A stretch of DNA of 64,000 bases from NCBI GenBank assembly GCA_903910445.1, contig CAIVZR010000004.1, positions 68,340 through 132,339 on the forward strand, read 5' to 3'. The DNA is from an uncultured Bacteroidota bacterium. Its GTDB lineage: Bacteria; Bacteroidota; Bacteroidia; UKL13-3. The position numbers were made by a program, and so were the translations under genes. Below are positions 58,034 through 64,000 of the stretch, one piece after another. Numbering within the stretch: position 1 is the first letter of the stretch; every line of letters starts with the position of its first letter. Under the pieces are notes generated by a model, which saw only the letters and a list, made by a program, of their open reading frames with translations, was not told where the DNA came from and did not search any database.

Positions 58034-59593
58034 TTAAACCTTTATTTCTTCGCCATTGGCATTCATAAAGTGAAACTCACCATAATGAAAATCCTCATCA
58101 GTAATAATTTTCACCCATTGTTTGTATTTGCGCCACCATTCAAATCGGAGTGAGAATAGGCCTTGCTTTATATACGCTGCAATATATGGATGCGTTGAGA
58201 TGGTGATATCCTTACTATTGTTTTCTTGAATGAGGTACTTCAAGTTGCTTTCAATTTCATCTACGATTACCGAGCTGCTATTTACTTCACCGGTACCTTT
58301 GCATTGCGGACAAACTTCTAAGGTATCGATATTCATTTCGGGGCGAACGCGTTGACGTGTTATTTGCAATAAACCGAAAGTACTTAAAGGGAGAATTTTA
58401 TGTTTGGCTCGATCGCCTTCCATGGCTTCACGCATGGCATCGTAAACCAAACGCTTGTTACTAGCTTTGCGTACATCAATAAAATCCACAATAATCAATC
58501 CACCCATATCACGCAAACGTAATTGACGAGCTACTTCACGGGCCGCTTCCTGGTTGATTCTGATGGCAGTTTCTTCCTGATCGGAATCATTATTGAGCTT
58601 GCTTCCACTATTGATATCAATAACGTGCATAGCTTCCGTATGTTCAATAACTAGGTAGCAACCACCACTAAAGGTAACAGTTTTTGCAAATGATGTTTTT
58701 ATCTGACGATCAATTCCAAAGGTTTCGAAAATAGTTTGTTTGCCGCTGAAGAGTTTTACGATTTTTTCCTTTTCAGGAGAAATTCTTGCAACATATGTCT
58801 TCAAATCGTTAAACATATTATTGTCGTTTACAACAATATTGCTAAAGTCGTCGCTTAGCATATCACGAAGTAGGGATTGGCTTTTATCCATTTCTCCCAA
58901 TACTTTTTCGTGAACAATTTCTTTATTCCCGATTTCTTTCAAGCGTTTGAAAATTTGATTCCAACGCTCAATAAGTTCTTTCAAATCATTTTTAATATCC
59001 TCATCTTCCTTGCCTTCGGCAACGGTGCGAATGATGACACCAAAATTCTTTGATTTCATGCTTGATACTACCGCCTTCAAGCGTTGACGTTCTGTACTGC
59101 TTTTAACTTTCTTGGAAACATTAATAGAATCGGAGAATGGAACAAGCACGAGATATCTACCAGCGAGTGAAATTTCAGAACTGAGTCGGGGGCCTTTAGT
59201 ACTTATTGGTTCTTTGGTGATTTGAACCAGGACAATGTCGTTTTTTTGATAGAGATCAGCAATCTTGCCACTCTTTTCAATCATCTGTTCGCGTGGAAAA
59301 TTCGCAAGTTCGGCTTTGAAAATTTTATTTGCTCGACATAATTGAGCAAATTTATTTAAGGAGCGCACTTGAGGCCCAAGATCATGATAATGCAAGAATG
59401 CAGGCTTTTCGTGCCCGATATCTACAAAAGCAGAATTGAGGGAAGGGGTAATTTTTTTTACTGTACCAAGATATATATCGCCAACATTAAAATTTTTGTT
59501 ATGACGTTCCTGATGCAGCTCAATAAGTTTTTTATCTTGCGTTAACGCTATACGCACCCCATTTTCGGAGGCGTCAATAATTAGTTCATTCAC
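58034..59593 (-). CDS. rng: Ribonuclease G/E family endoribonuclease (Rng/CafA-like)
   Basis: It has an S1 domain near the N-terminus and a catalytic DNase-I-like region (…VIDINSG…), at 519 aa. Confidence 0.85.
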   Translation of the reverse strand: MNELIIDASENGVRIALTQDKKLIELHQERHNKNFNVGDIYLGTVKKITPSLNSAFVDIGHEKPAFLHYHDLGPQVRSLNKFAQLCRANKIFKAELANFPREQMIEKSGKIADLYQKNDIVLVQITKEPISTKGPRLSSEISLAGRYLVLVPFSDSINVSKKVKSSTERQRLKAVVSSMKSKNFGVIIRTVAEGKEDEDIKNDLKELIERWNQIFKRLKEIGNKEIVHEKVLGEMDKSQSLLRDMLSDDFSNIVVNDNNMFNDLKTYVARISPEKEKIVKLFSGKQTIFETFGIDRQIKTSFAKTVTFSGGCYLVIEHTEAMHVIDINSGSKLNNDSDQEETAIRINQEAAREVARQLRLRDMGGLIIVDFIDVRKASNKRLVYDAMREAMEGDRAKHKILPLSTFGLLQITRQRVRPEMNIDTLEVCPQCKGTGEVNSSSVIVDEIESNLKYLIQENNSKDITISTHPYIAAYIKQGLFSLRFEWWRKYKQWVKIITDEDFHYGEFHFMNANGEEIKV

Positions 59594-59715
59594 TACTATA
59601 ATTTTTTTAAGTGGTACTACATGCGGTTAAGCTTTTCATGGTGTTGAGGCTGAGATAACAGAATTGGATTACAGGATCTCAATAACCAGCAGGTAGGTTT
59701 AACATTTGCAAAGAA

Positions 59716-59747
59716 AACAAAGGCAGTAAAAATATACTGCCTTTGTT
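59716..59747 (-). terminator. Rho-independent terminator (perfect 12-bp stem, 8-nt loop) ending the yajQ-TPR-mini-ORF transcription unit on the minus strand
   Basis: AACAAAGGCAGT-aaaaatat-ACTGCCTTTGTT is followed, on the minus strand, by the U-rich TTTTCTTTGC. Confidence 0.7.
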
Positions 59748-59780
59748 AAGTCGTTACAAAATCAACCAGCACAAAAAAAA

Positions 59781-59870
59781 CTAGCGTTTTTTGTGACGAT
59801 TACGGCGCATGCGTTTTTTGCGCTTATGGGTTGCTATTTTATGGCGTTTTCTTTTCTTTCCGCTTGGCAT
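59781..59870 (-). CDS. Unannotated 29-aa hyper-basic peptide (MPSGKKRKRHKIATHKRKKRMRRNRHKKR); putative ribosome-associated small protein (bTHX-like or AURKAIP1/COX24-like)
   Basis: The ATG-initiated ORF lies 7 nt downstream of the TPR gene stop on the same strand and is followed by a strong terminator. 19 of its 29 residues are K/R/H. It is below the ORF-track cutoff. Confidence 0.45.
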   Translation of the reverse strand: MPSGKKRKRHKIATHKRKKRMRRNRHKKR

Positions 59871-59877
59871 ATGATGG

Positions 59878-60696
59878 TTATTTTAAATGATTAATACTAC
59901 TATTTATACTGTCGTTTGCCGACTTTCGTACGGCATATTTCTTCGCTCTGGTAAGGGTTTCAAGGGCCTCTTTACGCGCTCCCCGGTTTGAAAAAAGTTG
60001 CGCAAGATACAAAGAATATTTTATATTGAAAGGATAAAGACGCACTAGGCTCTCAAAACGTACTTCTGCCTTATCAAATTGGCCCGATTTTATTGCAAAT
60101 TCCCCTAATAAAAACAATGCACTTTCATTGACACTATCTGCTGCAATTACTTCTCGAAGCAAGGTAATTCCGGTCATTGGATTATCAGAGGTATTTACAT
60201 TGATATCCGCAATGGCGCATTTGATCTCATTATCAGGGCTTTTCTCTAGTAATGGTTTGAGGTATGTGGTTACTTTATTGGCGATAGCCAATTTATTTTC
60301 GGTTATTAAACTTTGTTTGAAAGCTTCATAGTAGGCCAAGCCCAATTGTTTTTCGGTCAAGCCATCCTTAATTTTCTCAAGACAAAAAGCAACTCCAAGC
60401 TGGTTATTAAGTTTTGCGTAGGAGTCCATTACTTTTTTCAAGATTTCAGGGCTTGCATTTTCAGGCAATTCCACACTTTTTTTCTCTGCTTCTGTTAGTT
60501 CCGATATTGATTCCTTTAATATAAGGTCAATGGCTTTGAAATTAGCAGCATTTGTATTTGTAGTCTCAGTTTGAGCCTTGTCGCGATTGGCTCCTTCTTT
60601 TTTATTGGTTAGTACCTTTTTAGGCAAAACATATAACACGGCAGTTACTGTTGCTAAAACGAGTACTAATATTATTTGGGTTTTATTGACTTTCAT
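59878..60696 (-). CDS. Membrane-anchored tetratricopeptide-repeat protein
   Basis: An N-terminal TM anchor is followed by TPR-like helical repeats. Confidence 0.6.
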   Translation of the reverse strand: MKVNKTQIILVLVLATVTAVLYVLPKKVLTNKKEGANRDKAQTETTNTNAANFKAIDLILKESISELTEAEKKSVELPENASPEILKKVMDSYAKLNNQLGVAFCLEKIKDGLTEKQLGLAYYEAFKQSLITENKLAIANKVTTYLKPLLEKSPDNEIKCAIADINVNTSDNPMTGITLLREVIAADSVNESALFLLGEFAIKSGQFDKAEVRFESLVRLYPFNIKYSLYLAQLFSNRGARKEALETLTRAKKYAVRKSANDSINSSINHLK

Positions 60697-60766
60697 AATG
60701 GATTGCGAAAATACGGAATTCCTCGCGAGAGCGAGCGATATGTATAAAGTAAACTAGGAATAAGGG

Positions 60767-61258
60767 TTAAGCTTTCATGTTATCGTATTGAAGCGGAAGG
60801 TCGAAGTCGGAGGTGCGGCATAAGGCGATTACTTTTTGAAGATCATCGATTTGCTTTGCAGTAACTCTAATTTTATCGTCCATGATAGCAGCCTGAACTT
60901 TAAGTTTGCTTTCTTTGATTTTTGCGATTATTTTTTTTGCTGCTTCCTTTTCAATTCCTGATCGAAGTGGCAATACTTTTCTAACGGTTTTACCGCTGGG
61001 TAAAATATCCTTCGATAAATCTAAAGTTTTTGCTTCTACATGTTGCTTTATCATTCGAGCCAAAAGAATATCCTCTATGGTATTGACATGCATCTCATTA
61101 TCAGTAATAATAGTTATGGTATTTGCTTTTCGGTCCCATTCAATTTCACTATCGGTCCCATTGAGGTCATAGCGATTTAATAGTTCACGCTTTGCAGTAT
61201 TAACTGCATTGTCGATATTTTGTTCTTCTATCTTATTTACGATGTCGAAAGATGCCAT
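60767..61258 (-). CDS. yajQ: YajQ family (UPF0234) nucleotide / cyclic-di-GMP-binding protein
   Basis: 163 aa with the MASFDIV…E N-terminus and the two-domain YajQ layout. Confidence 0.7.
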   Translation of the reverse strand: MASFDIVNKIEEQNIDNAVNTAKRELLNRYDLNGTDSEIEWDRKANTITIITDNEMHVNTIEDILLARMIKQHVEAKTLDLSKDILPSGKTVRKVLPLRSGIEKEAAKKIIAKIKESKLKVQAAIMDDKIRVTAKQIDDLQKVIALCRTSDFDLPLQYDNMKA

Positions 61259-61345
61259 AATTTGAAAGTTTTTTGCAACCTTTTGTCGGATTTAACGTAT
61301 ATTGCGTAGTTGCTAATTGAGTGCAAAAGTAAATTTATTTCAAAT

Positions 61346-62095
61346 ATGAACCCTTTAAAAATATTCGGATTTATTATTCTCTTTTCGGTGGTGCTTTCAT
61401 GCAATACCGATAAGCCTGTAATGCCGAATCCAGATGCCCAAATACTTTTTAGTTTTTCTAATAGGGTAAAGGGTGATCAAATCAATAAATCGACTTCAAT
61501 ACATACCAACAGCTCAAACAATAACTACAAGGTTGACTTATTGAAATATTATATCACCAATATAACATTGGTAGATGACAAGGGCATTGCTACAAACTAT
61601 AAAAACTACAATTTGATTGATGCTTTTGATATTAATTCTACTGCGTTTTTCCTAGACAAGAAAGTAGTGAATGGAAATTATAAAGAAGTAGTTTTTTATA
61701 TTGGAGTAGATCAGGAACGAAATCATACGGGGGCTCAGGAAGGGGCATTGAGCGCTTCTAATGGAATGTTATGGAATTGGACCTTTGGATATATCTTTTT
61801 CAAGATGGAAGGGCATTTTACATCACCAAGCATTATATCAGAAACGGCCTATAGAAATCATTTAGGAACCGATTCGAGCCTCATAAAAGTTGAACTCCCC
61901 ATCTCAATGCTCGTTAATGGAACCGATAAAAAAGTGAATATAAAATTTGATTTGGATAAGGTGTTTGGCGTTTTACCTAATATAATTGATTTGTCGGTTG
62001 ATAACGATCGTCAATCTAATTTAGGTGATGAGATATGGATGAAGAAGATGGTAGTTAATACAACGCAGGCATTTGCAATTACATCTATTGAATAA
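61346..62095 (+). CDS. Periplasmic lipoprotein, MbnP-like partner of the di-haem peroxidase
   Basis: I placed the start at the internal ATG at 61346 (lipoprotein signal …VVLSC). It ends 1 nt before the cytochrome c peroxidase gene, indicating translational coupling. At about 250 aa it resembles the MbnP-MbnH arrangement. The family assignment is tentative. Confidence 0.45.
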   Translation: MNPLKIFGFIILFSVVLSCNTDKPVMPNPDAQILFSFSNRVKGDQINKSTSIHTNSSNNNYKVDLLKYYITNITLVDDKGIATNYKNYNLIDAFDINSTAFFLDKKVVNGNYKEVVFYIGVDQERNHTGAQEGALSASNGMLWNWTFGYIFFKMEGHFTSPSIISETAYRNHLGTDSSLIKVELPISMLVNGTDKKVNIKFDLDKVFGVLPNIIDLSVDNDRQSNLGDEIWMKKMVVNTTQAFAITSIE

Positions 62096-63193
62096 TTGAT
62101 AATGAAACGAATCTCAATTTACTTTTTTCTCATTACCATTATTGTTGTGGTATATAGCTGCCGTAAGGATTATCGAATTATTGAACAAGCGCCAAACAAT
62201 ACTCCTATTTCAATTAAATCATTTATCCCTCCGGGTTTTCCGAGTTTATCATCCGATTTAAATATACGCCCCGACAATCCATTGACTGAAGAAGGCATTG
62301 CCTTAGGACGTCGATTGTTCTACGATGTGAAGTTATCAGGAAATAATACTCAGTCGTGCGGCAGTTGCCATATTCAAAAGTATGCTTTTACCAATGGCCC
62401 TGATTTACCTTTAAGTTTTGGAGCCGATGGAATCTCTCGAACCAAGAGAAATACCCCACCATCATTTAATTTATTATGGTCGAAACATTTTATGTGGGAT
62501 GGAAGTCAACCGGGAATTGAAGAGCAAGCCACTGGGCCGATTACCAACCCTGTAGAAATGAACCAAGACCTAAAACTCTTGGTGAATGAATTGCAATCGG
62601 ATCCGAATTATCCAGCCTTGTTTAAGAAAGCTTTTGGTTCGGATAGTATTACCATTGCTAGAGTTCAAATGGCCTTGGGACAATTTGAGCGCACCATCAT
62701 TTCGGGAAGTTCGAAATACGATTTATTTATGCAACGAAAGGTAAACTTCACTCCAGATGAGTATGCGGGACTGGCTATTTTTCAGAGTATGACACTTGGA
62801 GATTGTGTACATTGTCATAGTCTTGGTGGCGCTTTTACTGATTTTGCTTTCAAACATAATGGATTAGACACCGCATTACCTGGAGGCACAATTGATGTAG
62901 GTCGTTTTGGTATCACCCATCAAGTATTTGACAGCATGATGTTTAAGACACCTACATTGCGCAATATTGCACTAACTTCTCCCTATATGCATGATGGCAG
63001 ATTCAAGACCTTAGAAGAAGTAGTAGAATTTTACGATCATGGATTTTATCGTAATAAAAATTTAGATGTGAATATGGCCCTACTTCCCAAAAACAGAATG
63101 ACTGTGACACAAAAAGCACAATTGGTAACCTTCTTAAAAACCCTTACGGATACGGTTTTTACCAAAGATACCAAGTTAAGTAATCCATTTTAA
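62096..63193 (+). CDS. Di-haem cytochrome c peroxidase family protein (MbnH/MauG-like)
   Basis: It has two CxxCH haem motifs (CGSCH, CVHCH), a lipoprotein-type signal, and CCP-family length. Confidence 0.8.
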   Translation: MIMKRISIYFFLITIIVVVYSCRKDYRIIEQAPNNTPISIKSFIPPGFPSLSSDLNIRPDNPLTEEGIALGRRLFYDVKLSGNNTQSCGSCHIQKYAFTNGPDLPLSFGADGISRTKRNTPPSFNLLWSKHFMWDGSQPGIEEQATGPITNPVEMNQDLKLLVNELQSDPNYPALFKKAFGSDSITIARVQMALGQFERTIISGSSKYDLFMQRKVNFTPDEYAGLAIFQSMTLGDCVHCHSLGGAFTDFAFKHNGLDTALPGGTIDVGRFGITHQVFDSMMFKTPTLRNIALTSPYMHDGRFKTLEEVVEFYDHGFYRNKNLDVNMALLPKNRMTVTQKAQLVTFLKTLTDTVFTKDTKLSNPF

Positions 63194-63202
63194 TTGAGTT
63201 GA

Positions 63203-63634
63203 TTAGCCAATTAAATGGGTCAATCCAATATTAAGTGGCTCGCATAGATCGATGATTCGATTTTCTTTGCAAATTTTTTCAAATTGATCTCTTACTACTT
63301 TCCACTGATTATGTATAGGGCATTGATGTGTTCCAGAGCAGCGACTTAAACCGAGTCCACATTGCTTAAAAATATCTTTGCCATCAATTGATTCAACAAT
63401 ATTAATAAGTGGCTGTTTCATCTGCCTAAGAGTAATAAAAAAACCACCATTGGGGCCTTTATTACTAACGATGATTTCATCTTTTACCAATTGCTGCAGT
63501 AGCTTTCCCACGGTATGTTCACTCGCTTCAATGAGTTGTGCAATTTCTACGATACTTGATTTTTGACTAGGGTCGTCTTTTGATGCCAAATAAATCACAG
63601 CTTTGATGGCAGTTTTACAAGTAAGACTTAACAT
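63203..63634 (-). CDS. Rrf2-family transcriptional regulator (NsrR/IscR-like, putative Fe-S cluster ligands)
   Basis: It has an N-terminal wHTH plus a Cys cluster CGLGLSRCSGTHQC typical of Fe-S Rrf2 regulators. Confidence 0.8.
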   Translation of the reverse strand: MLSLTCKTAIKAVIYLASKDDPSQKSSIVEIAQLIEASEHTVGKLLQQLVKDEIIVSNKGPNGGFFITLRQMKQPLINIVESIDGKDIFKQCGLGLSRCSGTHQCPIHNQWKVVRDQFEKICKENRIIDLCEPLNIGLTHLIG

Positions 63635-63652
63635 ATCACTTAATTGTTTAAA

Positions 63653-64000
63653 TTAGTTCATTCTTATTTTTTCTAATTCAATTGCTTTTGGGAAAAGAAT
63701 ATTGTTTTCTAAATGAATATGAATTTGTAAGTCGGCATTCATTTCTTTGAGCGAAAGAAACCACATTTTGAATGTGCTACAGGCATCAAGAGGCGGGGTA
63801 TAGGAATTGGTTAGAGATTTTATCTGAGCTAAATGTTCACCTACAAATTCGTGTTCCATCTCCATCATATTGATTGGATTTTGAATCGTTCCAAAATGCG
63901 ATGCATGCAAGGATGAATCGTCACTGCTCGAATTATTTAATGCAACGATATAAGGAAATAGTATGCGTTCTTCTTTCACCATATGCGTAAGCAATTCGTC
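63653..64000 (-). CDS. Hemerythrin-like di-iron protein (RIC / YtfE / ScdA family iron-sulfur cluster repair protein), C-terminal part; N-terminus beyond the window
   Basis: It has HHE-type metal-binding motifs (H..E..H, IHIHLENNILFP) and the ORF stays open to the window edge. Confidence 0.7.
   Translation of the reverse strand, partial: DELLTHMVKEERILFPYIVALNNSSSDDSSLHASHFGTIQNPINMMEMEHEFVGEHLAQIKSLTNSYTPPLDACSTFKMWFLSLKEMNADLQIHIHLENNILFPKAIELEKIRMN

Overview
AT-rich chromosomal segment with a clear Bacteroidota signature: three predicted type IX secretion (T9SS) cargo proteins with recognisable C-terminal sorting domains, a PorP/SprF-family gene, no obvious Shine-Dalgarno usage, and a candidate TTTG / TAnnTTTG promoter. 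Coding density is high and most genes are housekeeping: ftsE fragment, ribD, prmC, etfBA, lipB, glmM, ychF, rpsF-rpsR-rplI, rpe, rng, and one tRNA-Lys(CTT). The main accessory-like feature is an 11.2-kb gene for a 3725-aa surface protein with a type-B T9SS C-terminal domain, internal near-identical ~560-bp tandem repeats and a PKD-domain array. It is followed directly by a PorP/SprF-OmpA fusion gene. Two other T9SS cargos are present: an M4 metalloprotease and an FG-GAP/VCBS repeat protein, both with type-A C-terminal domains. Other notable content: a single-polypeptide UvrD-type helicase fused to a Cas4/AddB-like Fe-S nuclease; a divergent DoxX/HxlR redox module with two operator-like palindromes; a beta-carbonic anhydrase plus SulP (BicA-like) pair; a GT2 / GT-C (PMT/ArnT-like) / GH92 alpha-mannosidase trio suggesting a polyprenyl-phosphate-sugar glycosylation module; an MbnP-like plus di-haem cytochrome c peroxidase pair beside an Rrf2 regulator and a RIC (YtfE-like) hemerythrin gene; and two unannotated mini-ORFs (a 29-aa hyper-basic peptide and a 43-aa single-TM peptide). 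I found no CRISPR array, transposase, integrase, phage genes or recognisable defence island. I do not see a compelling wholly novel system; the most unusual loci are listed below with checks.
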